From Rhizodiscina lignyota (Eukaryota): DNA of 64,000 bases. The stretch is taken from assembly GCA_010015805.1 (NCBI GenBank), contig ML978125.1, forward strand, positions 1,860,001-1,924,000, written 5' to 3'. Positions 12,568 through 25,971 of the stretch are shown here, in pieces. Both the position numbers and the translations under genes were made by a program. Position 1 is the stretch's first letter, and each line of letters begins with the position of its first letter. Below the pieces are notes generated by a model. It was not told the origin of the DNA and searched no databases. It saw only the letters and a list, made by a program, of their open reading frames with translations.

Positions 12568-14359
12568 ATGCCGATCATTCTCACCGTCACGCATCTTCCC
12601 TCCGCATGTTCCTTCTTCCTCTCAGCACTTCAGCCCCTCGGGTACCGATATATCTATGGGCGGAGAGGCAAGATAGGCCTCGGAGTGCACGAGGCCGACT
12701 TCTTCATCGAACAACTTAGTGGTCCTCCAGGGTAAGTAATATCCTCGCGGACATCTTACAACCGCAACCCGAAAATCATCCAAGGCTGACACCTGCCATA
12801 GGACTAGGCCGAACCCAAACCATATCCGCTTCCACGCCCCCAGTAGAGCTGCCGTGCGCGAGTTCTACGCCGCAGCTCTATACGCTGGAGCAAAGCAAAT
12901 ACACTCTCCAGGGGACAGGGTAGCGTCAGATGTGGACGTCTTCAACACGTTTGTCAGCGATCGTGATGGTAACACCATCGAAGTAACGTTCTCGAACGAC
13001 CCGGACGGCAGCCTTGCCGGCTCCGACATTGACCGCGGCGCCGTGATGAACTGGCAGCGTGCCATTGCGGACGGTGGACGAAGTCAGGTCAGCAATGGCA
13101 GCACCGTAAAGCCTTTGTCGCATGCAGGGCGGAGTCAAGCGAGCGCACGACAAAGTGTCGCCGATGATGGCAGCCATGTCAGTAGGCGCACGACCAGGAG
13201 CGCAGCAAGAAGCGCTGTCTCTGCAGCTCCCATGTCAAAGGCGCCCTCTGCCGCTCCGGCCACAGAGCTTGCGTATATTCCACCACCTCCTAGCGATGCT
13301 GGCGATATGCCTGAGCTCTACCGCCAGTTCTCCGGGCCGATCAAAACACTACTCACCAAGACAGAGCCGGTATCTGGCATGATCCCAAAGAGGACTGTGG
13401 TCGGCACTATGCTCGGTGCTGCGGCAGGGGCTGCCTTCGCATATGCAATGTGCTCGAGCGAAGATGGCAAGACGCAGCGTGAGCAATGGCGCTACATGCA
13501 ATGGGCTGGCGACGGAAGACCTCCTCAAATCGCTGATGGGAGTCACGCCGGCCCTGTGTCAGCCAAGTCGCAGATGACATTGCCGGCGCCGGACGCCAGA
13601 ACCCAGTTGGCATTGCCGGAAGCGAGATCACAGTTACCGTTACTGGAAGCAAAGTCACAGTTAACAGTACGTGAGACAAAGTCACAGCTGTCAGATGCGC
13701 TGTCCCGACTCGCTCTCGAACCGCCTGCACCTCCTCCGGTTCCTGAAGCTCCAGTGCCGCCATCACGCTACTCTACGCGCTCGCGAACGGCTCGAAGCGA
13801 AATCCATGCTCCATCAGCATCAAATGTTTCAAGGAAGCGGTCTTCGTCAAGAGTCTCAGTCCGCACGGCTCCGGTCGGCTCAATACACTCTCATCGATCC
13901 AGCCATCGCTCTATAAACAACCTCCGCGCCACCGCGTCCACTCATCGCTCTTCGGTGTCCAACCTTCGCTCCGCCGCGGCTAGCCACCGCTCGTCATCTA
14001 AGCACTCCCACCGATCATCGCGCCACTCTTCCCGCCACAGCACGTCACGCCACACGGCGATTTTTGTGCCCGCAGAGCAGGAGCAGGTCGTGGACCCAGA
14101 CACGATAGAGGTCAAAGCTGCGTCGGAGATAGATCTCGATCTCGACGCCGCGACGGTGGCACCCAGTGACAGCATCAGCTGTGCAGGAGACAAGTACTCC
14201 CGCAGCGGCGCAAGGAGAAGTAGTAAAAGCACGGGAGGGATAAGATATGCCCGGGGCTGGTACGCCGGGAACCTGGGCATGGACAGGATTGCGGAGGAGA
14301 ACATTGCCGCCACTGAACCGATCATCAGCGCGAGGAGAGTCAGTAGAATGGCATACTAG
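12568..14359 (+). CDS. Protein with an N-terminal VOC/glyoxalase-like domain and a long Ser/Arg-rich disordered tail
   Basis: MPIILTVTHLPSACSFFLSALQPLGYRYI, intron 12732-12801, then HIRFHAPSRAAVREFYAAAL...FVSDRDGNTIEV (VOC pattern). Contains one hydrophobic segment, TVVGTMLGAAAGAAFAYAM. Confidence 0.78.
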
Positions 14360-14956
14360 GGGTGTTGTGATAATGTTGGAGCTAACACGGCGCAGGAGTA
14401 AAGGAGAGGGTCTGCGCATGAGCATGGTTGGCGTTTGATTGGGATGTTGACTTTTCGATACCTTTAGGGTATGACGATGCATAGCGAGCGACACGGCGAA
14501 TTAACGACTTCACGACTGGGATTTTTGCATCGCGTTTTGGCTTTGGTCATCTTCATGTTTCCTCTCCTCCAATCTTCTTGGAACACATCATCAGGGTTGC
14601 AGTATTATCAAATAACTCATCCGGCGAGCATAATAGACCACTCAGCATATCGAGCATATCAATTTTTTGTTGAACTGCCTGCAGCAGTCATCTGAACATA
14701 TGAAATTGTTGATGGGAAAAGTAATATCGCATTCTCCTGCGCTGTGAAGTCAGTGGTGATGCAGATCGTCTCGTGATGCAGAGTGGGTCTCGGCGATTGC
14801 ATGCATAAGTATGCAAACATGCGCCATCTGGAAGGATTGACGCCCTGAACAAGGTACATCGTTGAAATTGACATTAGCCGGAAAATAAAGGTAGCTAGGT
14901 TAATGAGGATATCGCGATTGCTGACAGAATGGAGAACAGGCGTGTTCAGACCTCAC

Positions 14957-15190
14957 CAAGAAGGTGACAAAGAAGCGAACCGCACTTTTCAAGACGCTGG
15001 ACAGTATGAGTGTATAGCCTTTATGGATAACATAGAATAGAAGTTTTTCAATAGCTTGCTACTGTTTAGTACACTCCCGAGAATATACAGCTAAGCTTTC
15101 AGGGATAATCTGGATCCCCGTGAGGTGTAAGAGCCATTAGCCCTTGTGTTACAGCCTGGGCTGACGACCAACTATTTTGTCACCCACATG
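14957..15190. mobile_element. Degenerate MITE-like element, copy 2
   Basis: GGTGACAAAG (14963-14972) ... TTTTGTCACC (15175-15184). Homologous to 11365-11595 and in the same orientation. Confidence 0.7.
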
Positions 15191-15643
15191 CTCGGAAACA
15201 TCGAGCTCGGCTAAGAAGACATGGAAGAAATTAGACTCCATATAGAGAAGATAGTGATGAGGTTTTCCTTTTCACGAAGCTCCATACAAAGTAAGCATAT
15301 TGATATGCTATCTAGTGAAAAGGCACCCACAACCCATTCGGTCAAGAAATAACTGTTTATTATAAAGCGCGAGGGACCGTAATTCTCTACGATAAATCAA
15401 ATCCCATTAGATATCATATTAACGCCTCAATCGTGAATTCGTCAAGCTCGAAGAAGTTCAGTCCGCCTCATGTCCGTTCCGAAGTAGGTATCTCTCGATC
15501 CGACTATCTGCCTCAAAGGATCTACAAATTGATCTTGTAAATCATGCACGCATTACTTTAACTTGGCACCTATTGTCCCTTCGTGTGCTCCCCTAGATCT
15601 CCACCAACTTCATTTTCATCTTCTCTGCTTCCTCCGGTTCCCT

Positions 15644-17659
15644 CTACGAGCTTCTCTGCAGCTCTTGCAGATCAACAGTTGACATAGTCGGCGTCGGTAG
15701 GGTACTCGTGTTCCGGCTTTGTCGTTTACTCGGGTCCTCAGTCGCTTGGATAGTCGACCTTCCACTTTCCTTTCTGCCCTCCTCTGGCCTTGGTTTGGCG
15801 CTCGGGCTTCGAGTTGGGAGCGCACTGAGCATCCCCTTTATTCGATTCCGCAAGCCGACTCTTTCTCTGAATCCGGCTTCATCCCATTTCTCTCTGAAAT
15901 TCCCTGGTGTGCGAAGATGAGCCATGGTCATGCAGAAGGCGCTCAGAAATAGACAGGTCCCGCTCCACAAGTGAGCGCCAAGGTAACCGCCTGTGTATTG
16001 AATAATTGCGCCTGCGATGATCGGGCCGGTCAAGGCAAAGGGTGCGGCGATGGTGTACATCATACCAGTCCATTGGCCGAGCTTACGCTTGTCCGCTTTT
16101 TCATCGTGCTCGAGGACGAAGAAGACACAAGCAGGAGGAAGGCCGATAACGGCCCCGGAGAAGGCACCGAAGAGGACGACGAATGCCACTGCGCCCCCAA
16201 CGCTTGAAAGAGTAGTCTGGAAACACAGGACAAGGAGAGCGGAAACGAAAGTAACGAGAGCATGAATTGCTGGGGCGCCGAATCTGTTACGAATCATCAG
16301 TACCAACTCCAGTTTAAATCAAGAACTTGCAGAACAGCTGTAGATTGTGTGCACAAACCTCTCGCTAGCGATGGCCGAACCAATGCGACCGATTGTGCTG
16401 CAGGCATTCATGATAGACAAGAGGTAGAATGTTCGAATCGCATCGTCTGAGCCGCGGTCGATTTCTTGATGCGAAGGCGTCGTGACCTCGTCAATAACAC
16501 CAGGCACTGCATCCTTCTTGCCGTAGCCCTCTACGGCGGCCCACTGGAGAGACACAATCAGTCTTGGTAGAGTCTTGTAGTAGATACTTATGCTCACCTC
16601 TTCCAGATTGAAAAAAACTGCGTAAAAGCCGAAGAACATCAGTGTGACTGACGCAACGCACCACCTAAATGCGGCATTCTTGAAAGCGCTCGGATCGAAG
16701 AATGTTTCGACTTCGAGCCACTTCTCTGGCTTGGTCTTCTTCTCCTCAAACCATTTTGCAGGTGGCTGTGCGAAGACAACGGCAAAAGCACAAAGCAAGA
16801 AGCTTAATGCGCCGATACAAGCAGTCATCTTTTTGAAACCGATTGCAGCGAGGAGAAATTTCATCATAACTGGGTATACAAGTCCAGCTGTGTAAAGTTC
16901 AGTACCATGAAGCAGAGATCTGAAGAGAGGTGTACTAACCAATACTGGCACCGCAAGCGACTATACCAACCACGATGGACTTTTTCTTAGCAAACCAGGT
17001 AGCGGCGACTCAAGACATGTTAGATGCGCCCGGGAACGGTGAAGGGAGCTGTAGGACACATACTTTGCGACGATGCAACGAAGAAACAGGCCATACCCAG
17101 AGGCATGAGGAATCCTTGCATCAGATATGTTAGGCCATAGCTACCGCCACCGGCATCTGTACCATGGTTGACGACTCCCGTCAAGGTCATCCCTAGGGAG
17201 GTCAGGATCGTTCCTGCCACTAACAGAGGTCTTTGGTATCCAGCGTCGAGGAGACGGCCCATGGCAACGGACGGGGCGAGGATGAAGAAACATTGGGACG
17301 AGCCAATTAGGTTGATGAGAAGGATATTCGTGCCACGGAGCAGGTGCTGGTAATAATACGACCCGAACGTTCCTGAGATCGTCAGCAAAGAGTTGCGCTG
17401 ACGAAGTTAATCTAGTACCATATCCGTTGACAAATCCCCACGAATTAAACATCAGAAAGAAACACGCAAAAAGAGCTAGGTAAGGCCGCCATCCTTTTGG
17501 CCAGTCTGGCTCCTCTGCAAGACGATTGGAGACAGTAGAGAGTCCTTTCTCCAAATTCCCGTCCAATTTGATCTCATTGCTGCTCGGCGAAAAAGGTCCC
17601 TCCCGTGGAAGGACTGTCGGGTGGGTCTGGCGCATCGGTGATTTTTCGATAGAATCCAT
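15644..17659 (-). CDS. MFS transporter, monocarboxylate porter (Mch-like) family, multi-exon
   Basis: Motifs WRPYLALFACFFLMFNSWGFVN, GTFGSYY, GRLLDAGY, FFGFYAVFFN, SIMNACSTIGRI and ALTGPIIAGAI across hydrophobic exons. The start codon is approximate. Confidence 0.87.
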
Positions 17660-20174
17660 TGCGACTTGAGGCTCTTGAAGTGAAAAGATTTCCTGAGAAG
17701 TCGAGGGTGAGGCCTGCAACGGATTCCCTTTTTCGTGACGACGAGAATTAAATCTTCCAAGGTAGTCTGGGTAAGCTACTTCCTGATAATCCCGAATGTA
17801 ACTTCACCGATATAAGGAAGCTTCTTAAAAGTGCCGGGGTTAACCTTAATAGGATGCCCCCACACGAGTCCGCAGACTGTTCGTTCGTTGGAAACTAGCT
17901 CCTTTGTATGAGAGCAACTTTGTCCAATGGAAACGCAGATGTATGGTGATTTCGGAGCAAGGCAGATAGCACGTTCCTTCTTAACGGCAATCCTGCGAAT
18001 GACAACGGATATCGATTGGCCGAGATGGGTTCGAAATGGCACTACGCAACAGCGACGGGCGGCTATCCTCAACGCAAGGTAAAAATAGTTGACTCGGGCT
18101 GCCGAAGCCTTTTTCAACATTCTGCGGCATACGCGACCCACAAGAAGAGCCATGACACTGGAGATTGCGTCGCAATGCCCAGCGGGCGCCAAGTGTGCTT
18201 GTGCAACAGGAAGAACTTGTAGAGTTCAACAACGATAACTGATGTCTGCCAATGTTGGCAGTATTCTTGTCATCGTAACACAGATGAGCGGATAGAATGT
18301 CGGCGTACTATACCAAGCTACTCCGTGGGAGTTGAAATTGGTTCGCTCGGGACCATCGGGAGGCCGGAGAAGATTTAATGAACCGGTCGTAGGGCTGAAG
18401 CTTTCCCGATGACAGGGACGCTCGCCAGTTATATCAGCAGAGTTTTGATCGCATCTGAGAGTTCAGGGGCATTAGCAAGATTGCCGATCAGGCAGACTTG
18501 CCAAGGATACTCCATCGGCAGCCCAGGAGCCACAACCGCCGCCGAGGCTCCCTTACTCCCACGCTCACCAAGGAGATTGCTCCAGTCAAGATCTTGGCCG
18601 TTTGCTCTTTCTGATAGAGGTTCACCAGACCAATGACAACTTGAAAGCTAGAGCTGCCAAAGACATCGGGTCCTTTGGGAGTGGCCGTACGATACGGGTG
18701 TGTCACAGCGCCGCGATGCTCAATCGCACATTTCCAGGGCGGAATCGGGACATCGACAAGAATGTAACGCAGAGTGTTCATCGATATTTAGTGCTCCTCT
18801 AAGGAAAGGGTACTCCACAGTCAACGGCCTGGAGAAAATAGTGAATAGTTGGATATTGACATGTGCGGATCGCGAGCTCGTTAGCAGCTAGCGTTCCACG
18901 CTGTCGGATGTCTTGCACCCTCTTATCTTAGCCATGAGCCGTGAAATACTGGGCGATACGCTATGCCAATAGCTCGTCGTATGCCGTTAGGTATAGAAAC
19001 ATCGACATCGGTCTCCATTGTCAAGTATGTCGTGCCCCGAGATAAACTTGGCGATGATGGCCCTTCATGTCGACCATAACGTCAAGAAATCGCGCTTGAT
19101 CCAGACCCTGATGCTCTCGTAGGGCTGGTCTTGCTGACAGCAACCCTGATGAGAAGATTATTCTGTTTTAATAGCAAAGTTACAGAAAAGGAAGAATCTG
19201 CGAACAAGGTGACGTCTTGAAATCCTCCTATTTGACCGAGGCTATGTCCTAACAAGGCTAGCTTGTGCAGTTTTGGCGTCGCTCCGGGTTCTTGTCCACG
19301 ACCACCAAGGCAGTTGTATATCAGCAATTCCGAAACTCCGTCTTTTCCTTCGCTTTCCCTCTTACATGCAGAAACTATCCCCAATGGAATCATTTCTCCA
19401 CAACTCCATCAATGACAAATTTGTCATTCCGCCTGCCCGGATCGCCCCGCTTGAACGATTAAGGAAGACCAAGGGCGTATCCAAGCTTCACGATGCGTGG
19501 AAGATCTCCCGACGGTGAACCTGTCGATCGATTTGGGCAATTCCAAATATCCTCATAAGTCTCCTTCGGATTAGTGAGCTTCTCGGTGAGGTCTGCTTGG
19601 TCATAAAGATAATTTCCTTGCTATGTCCTTGCTACGTACTTCATGTCCTTCTCGTACGAGAGTGGGCGTACCCTGTTGTCCTTCAGGCACGACATGGCTA
19701 CGAGCATCCGGTTACGGTCCCTTTTGGATACCGATTGTGTAGAGCTGTATAAAGGCCCGCTGTACTAGTTCACGTCCTGAACTACACCGCCATCATTGGC
19801 GCGGATTGCCGGTAGATCGCTACATCATCTCCATCTCAAAGGGGACTATCGATTTCTGGTTTGCACTTTGTACTACAGAAAATATCGATAACACCTTCGG
19901 ACGAACTCCGCGGAAATTTAAGCGTTCCGCCTATCTCCACAGTGAGATTTTAATGAGTATTCAAAGTATTCAAAAAATGGGGAAATCCCTCTTCCATTTG
20001 GTAGATCAATTGCTCGTTCGTCTCCCCTCAATTGTATCTCTCTAGCCAGCAAGCTTTTTGGCAGCGGGTGTTAGCTAGGCCTAGCGCCCTTGCCGTGTAT
20101 ATATACACCAACCTTCCACGAGCACAGATTTCTTCCTCAATCAACACCTTTCAATCTTGGTTGACATTTTCACC

Positions 20175-21411
20175 ATGCGTGTCTCGTACGTCTCAATCGT
20201 TGCGGCGCTTCTCAGCGTTGTGAGTGCGAAGATATGCACGAATCAATCTGTTCCAATTCATATCACCTCTCGCAACGGCTTGTTTGGCCACGTCGCTGTT
20301 CCTGAGACCAATCGCGACGCGACCAACTTCACTCTCAGTCTCGGTCGGCAGGGTCACAACTTTACCAATGAAGGTCTCGCTGGCTACCACACCATCTCCA
20401 AAACCTACCACATCATGACGCAGTACTGTACCCCCGACCACCCGACCAAGAAGGACCCTGCCATCCAAATCCTGACTCATGGCATCGGCTTCGACCGTAC
20501 ATACTGGGACACCTCCTACCACGACTTCCAGCAGAGCTACGTCAATGTTGCGGTTGACAAGTTTGGATACTACACTCTCTCCTTCGATCGTCTCGGCATC
20601 GGTGAATCCAGCCACGGCGATCCACGTGATGAGATCCAATCGTTCCTCGAGGTCCAAGCCATACGAGCTCTAACGATATGTCTACGTGAGGGCAGCTTCC
20701 CTAATGTGCATCACAAGTTCAGCAAGATCATCCACACCGGCCACTCTTTCGGCTCTGCACAGACCTACTCTCTCACCGCTATGTACCCTGACATCAGCGA
20801 CGGTATCGTACTCACTGGCTTCTCGGTGAATGGAAGCTTTGCTCCGAGCTACTTCGATATAGCCGGAAATTGGGTGCAAGCCGCTCTCAATGTACCAAAG
20901 AGGCTGGGAGGCTATCCCCGAGGATACCTGGTCGCATCTAATACGGAGGCTCTTGAGATTCTGTTCCTATTTCCAGGCCACTTCCCCCCAGGGCTGCTAG
21001 ATCTTGCGGAGGAGACGAAGATTCCTGTCTCGATAGGCGAGTTGTTGACGCTGGGCAGCATACCGGCAAGCAATCCGTACAAGGGTCCCGTCTTGGTGTT
21101 CACCGGTGGTAAGTTCATCTTCATCTCCCATCTGCAAATTTCCAATCCCTTTGAACCATAATTGATAAGAAAACTTACCTTGCGCTCCAGAGCATGATGT
21201 TCCCTTCTGCGGCGGCGACTGTCTAGCAACCGGCGACCCTTCACTCGCTTCCATCCCCGCAGCCGTAGCGAAGAGCTTCCCGAACACGAAGGATTTCGAG
21301 GCGTACATCCAGCCGCAGACTGGACACGGCCTGACATTCCACAACAATGTGACGGCCGGGTATGAGGTGATCCAGCGATTCCTGGAGAGCAAGGGGCTGA
21401 AGTCGACTTAA
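20175..21411 (+). CDS. Secreted alpha/beta hydrolase
   Basis: Signal peptide MRVSYVSIVAALLSVVSA, then LTHGIGFDRTYW, DRLGIGESS and nucleophile motif GHSFG. After intron ~21109-21190 come HDVPFC...TGHGLTFH and the stop at 21409-21411. Confidence 0.88.
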
Positions 21412-21973
21412 TCCACTTAGGCCTAGTCACACAAATGTACAGTGGGGTAGAGTGGAGAGAAGGTAGAAGCTTGTACATAATGATCAGAAGCTTCTCAATG
21501 TAATGTGCACTCGCTTGAATCGAGAGTAGAAGAGAACAAAGTTGTGTGTGCCCGTGGGGATTATGTACAGGAATCCGTGGTCCTGTGCACTGTGGCATCC
21601 TAAAAATCCAAGAAGCATCCCGTAAAACACCCCACAATTCCCAAATTCAGATAGACCACGGCTTTGATATCGACAGCTGAATCACAGTCCATGCTATCGC
21701 CATTGTGTGGCCGCTGTCACTCTCAGTAACTTTTCCTTATGTTCGATGTCCGTCTCGCAGACACCATGTACCAAATCCGATCGAAAACACACAGCATCTA
21801 AAGGCACCTGTTCTCCTTGACAGCTCGGGAGTAATTGTCAAGAGTGAACGGAGCATAGACATCTTCCTTGTTCCAATTTTGCGCTCTCATACATTGGGAG
21901 CTCCAACATGCGTTCTGCGGAACGACGGGTCCGTCGACAGGAACGAGGAAGGAGAGATGGACGGCAGGAAAGG

Positions 21974-23957
21974 CTATAGCTTGCCTTCCGACTGCGCCTC
22001 CCTGATCTGCTCGAAGACCTGGAGACTGTAAGTATAACACATTGTTCAAAAATTGGGAACGTCCAGAGAGCGACATACCTTGAGCATCTTCCTACGTGCA
22101 CCCAACGCGTTGACGCCCCTCTTCTCTAAGCCCTCATCGTCCAGGTCGACCAGGTCCTTCCAGCTCAGGTCCTTCAGATTGTCGGTATACTTGTGCAGGC
22201 GCAAGCTGCGTAGCCAGCTCGGGATGTCCTCCAGGAGGCGCGCATCAGTCGGATCTTCGGGTGGCTTGCTGCTGCCTCGCCTGCCACGTGGGCTGCGGCC
22301 ACGCTGGATCTCGGAGTGGTCGGAGAGGTAGCCCTCGTGTCCACCGCCCATGCCGATGCCGAATTGCGCGAGGTTGAGGCCTGCAAGTGAAGGATTGACA
22401 AGTCCGTTGCCGCCGTCGTATGCGCTGAGGAAACCGTTGCTCTGTGGAGAAGCAAAGTTCATGCCTTGAAGGCCAGCACCCTGGACCATCAAGCCGGGCG
22501 AATTCGGACGGGAGCGTCGACCGTTCATCGCAGCTAGCTGTTGCGCCTGGAGCGCTGCTGCCTGCTGAGGCGTCAAGATCTGACCATGCTCATTGGTCAT
22601 GAGGATGTTTGCGGTCGGGATGCCTGCAGCCTGACCTGCCATTCCAGAGGGGAGGTTGTTGCTGGAGCCTTGGCCCTCGCTGGAGCGAGCACGACGGTAC
22701 TTGCGCACGTCGTCGAGCTGGATGCGGTTGTTGACGGTTGAGAGAGCGGCGAGCTTCATAGCAGTAGCGTTGGCGACCATGTCGGCTTGATTAGCGGCGT
22801 TTTGCTGGGTGTTGAAGTTCGCAACGGCAGGCGTGTTGACCATGGAGGCCCAATTCCCACCAGCTGTGTAAGGAGACAACATGGGCATTCCTGCAGAATT
22901 GACCTCAGGTGCGTTCAGTGTTGTGCTCTGGATGTTGCCGTCGCTCGACAGATTTGGTCGTGGAGATCGGAGACCTGCAGATGGAGGAGGCTGAGCCGAG
23001 AACTGACCCATCGGCTGCTGTCCAGAAGATGACTTTGGACGTGCAATCGGCTGCTGCTGGGGTTCTCCGCTTCGAGGGCCCCAAGGCGAGGCAGGATGCT
23101 GCGCGAGAGTCTCCTTGCGCGTCTCCTGTGGTGCTGAGATGGTCGGTGCAACCAGGGAGCTGCGGTCGCCAACAGCGCTGTTGCGATTCGAAGCCGGCTG
23201 CATGCCAGTACGTTGAGTGAACATGGATTTCTGCTCTTCGATCGCCGCTGCGGCGTCAGGGAACATGGAGTTGATGGTTGAAGAGTCAAGGCCGGAGTTG
23301 CGCTTGTTGCCTGGAGATGGTGGCGGGCGTCCGCCAAGACCGAGAGAGTTGCGGGAGGGTTCAACATTGAGCTTGCTCATGGCATCACTCAGCTTCTGAG
23401 ACATCGGATCTGGTAAGTGTTAGCTAAGCCATGTCAGTGAAGAACATGCAACACGTACCTTTGTCAGCAAAGTTTGCAGGCGACAGCATGCCTGTCACCG
23501 GATGGCTCTTTGCCATTTGCTGCAGCACCTGGATGAAGAAGCGGATCTGAACCTGCGTCGTCTGCTGAAGGAGCGCGTACAAGGCAGCGGTCCTCTCAGC
23601 CTCGCTCAGCACGCGGAACCACTGCTCAATGGCGCTAAGCTCGTCCTTGAAATCCTGATCCAGCGTCGCTGCCGCCATTTCCTCGAGCATGGTCTCGCAC
23701 TGATCAATTTCTGCGATCCATTGCTGTGCCTCCTTGTCCTCGTCGTCGTTGTAATTGTGACTATTAGCCTGGTTTCCGATTACCTCTGAAGCAGGGCGAA
23801 TTTGTTGGCCGCGAAGAGCTGTAGAGGAGTAGCCACCAATATCGGCAGATCCGCGCATTGGATGTCCTGCAATTGAGCGCGTGCCTGGCGGACGGAGGGA
23901 GGAGCCTGAGGCTTCAGGCGTGCTGTTGCGATTTCCTGGGATATGGCTCGCAGACAT
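21974..23957 (-). CDS. VTS1: SAM-domain RNA-binding protein Vts1 (Smaug homolog)
   Basis: N-terminal [21 protein letters not shown] and SAM domain [18 protein letters not shown]...[17 protein letters not shown]. Two coding introns. Confidence 0.92.
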
Positions 23958-25971
23958 TTTGAATGGAGGTCGAGGATCGAGTTCTCGAGGATTATGTAGA
24001 GGGGAAAGTGAGTGGAGGAATTGGAATCGAGTCGAAGCGCGAGCTGATGGATTTATGGAACGGTGACAATGAAGACTTTATTCTATTGTTGCGTCAGCTC
24101 GCTATTGTGACTATTGTGCCTTGCGTGCTGTCAATGCATCGGCCAGCCACGTACAATAGCGGTACAATAGCGGTAACGTGATAAGGCCTGTACGAAAATG
24201 CTGCTGCAGCGCCAGCTGACCTCAAAGCAGCTTCCAGAATAGCAGGCTACAGGAAAGGTCGAAAGAGTGCTGGCGACTACTGAGGGCGCATTCGTATGGT
24301 ATAAGGCGGCTGTCGCGGAGGCTCGACAATGCTGCAGCTCGAGGATTGGCGGCGAGAATCGGCGTTCGAGTTAATGGCACCCACGAGACCGCTTAGCAAC
24401 GCAACCCAAACCCCGCGAAGAAAAAAGGCAGTCGGGCGAGGAGGTGAATGAGAGTGAATGGGATCAGTAGGCAGAGGCAAAAGAGTGAAGCTCTCGCCCT
24501 GTCACGCTGCCCCAAAGGCCAACGCCAAACGGGCGCAGAGATTTTCCGCCCGGGTCCAACGCGCTCTGGTCGCCGAGTCGAGTCCCTTTTTCGTACCGCG
24601 ACGCTGCTCCACCTGCAACCTGGTCGAGTCCTCGTGGAAGCTGATGCGCTGCATGTTGCATGCTGCAAGCCCACGCCCAATCATCGCCTTTCATCCCTTA
24701 ATGCCATGTCTATTTCTATCAAAGCTGCCCTTCACATGCCCCTAATCTGCCGAGTGCAGACTCCATCGGCCTATTCTCCTCGTCTGCATTGAACAGCTGC
24801 TTTGGCGGCAGCACTTGGCCCCTCGAAGGTACCGTGCGAGCGTTCCGAAACAAATGTCCAAAGCAATTCGCCGTAAACATCTAGATACGGCCCTCTGAGC
24901 TTGCGGCAAGGCAGCTCTGCTCACTCATTCGCCTTGTGCTAGGGCACATACGAGTCTCTGACGAATGGCCAATTCGGATCCATGCGGCTCAGCAGCGGTC
25001 ATAACCTTCACACACTTTGCTGATGATTATGTCACTACCCCTTCTCTGTCGACACGAAGAGTAAATGGAGTGCCCCTTTCTATTCGGCGCGTGCGGCGAA
25101 AAAATACGCTCCTCTTTCTGGCGGAGCATGTCGTAACTGGGCAATCCGCGTCAAACTGCTTCTACTGCAAGCTGGGACATACGTCTGACGGCAGTCATCT
25201 CTCATCTTGTCCCACTATCAAAATTGCATGTACTGCTTCAACATGCGCGGATTCCAAGCACGCAAAATCTGACCATTGGCCACGGACGCAGCTGCGGCGC
25301 GGAAAGGGTTTCGCTCGAATCTGACCCGGCATTTCAGGTCTCAAGCTCAATTGTTCGACGATGCATCCGCCTATACTAAGCACAGCTGTGAAACCGTTTG
25401 CCAAGGTGGCCTGTCAAACATTCAAGCTAGTCACCGAGCAATCGTTTCTTAGAGCGGGTCCATTACATCAGTTGTATATACCAACTCTTATCCTCAACTT
25501 ATGCGAAATAGAGGACGGGATGGCCTTTCAAGTAGTAACGTGTAACGCCTTGTGATCTGGACCTTAAGGATTTTTGCCTCTATAGTAAAAGGATCTTAGC
25601 AGCAGTTATTGTGGAGCAGAGCTGATATCCAGTTGCACTTACTGTAATGTAGGTTCTTCCGTAAGTATAACAAAAGCCGCTGCATCGCAACAATATTCAG
25701 CTTAAATGCCATTCGAACACTCGATTTTCCGAAGAGCAGACCTCTCCATTTTCAATCTGAGCACTTTATACGCGAATGCTTGCGTGGAGGCGCGGCATCT
25801 TACATGCTATCCCACCAATACGAAGTATCTAATCGCGGAGTTTAGCGGGGCACTTCCGACCTGCCCTACCGCAGGCCCAACGTGCTTGAACGACCTGCAT
25901 ACGCCGCGACTCCTCCATGAACGCAATTCTAATGCCAGGCCGACGATGGAGAGCCTCCATACTACTTAGAC

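Noticed and set aside
19080..19800. Protein-like minus-strand frame (MLVAMSCLKDNRVRPLSYEKDMKY...), a possible pseudogene
   Set aside because: About six stops in ~150 codons is close to random expectation, and I recognise no family.
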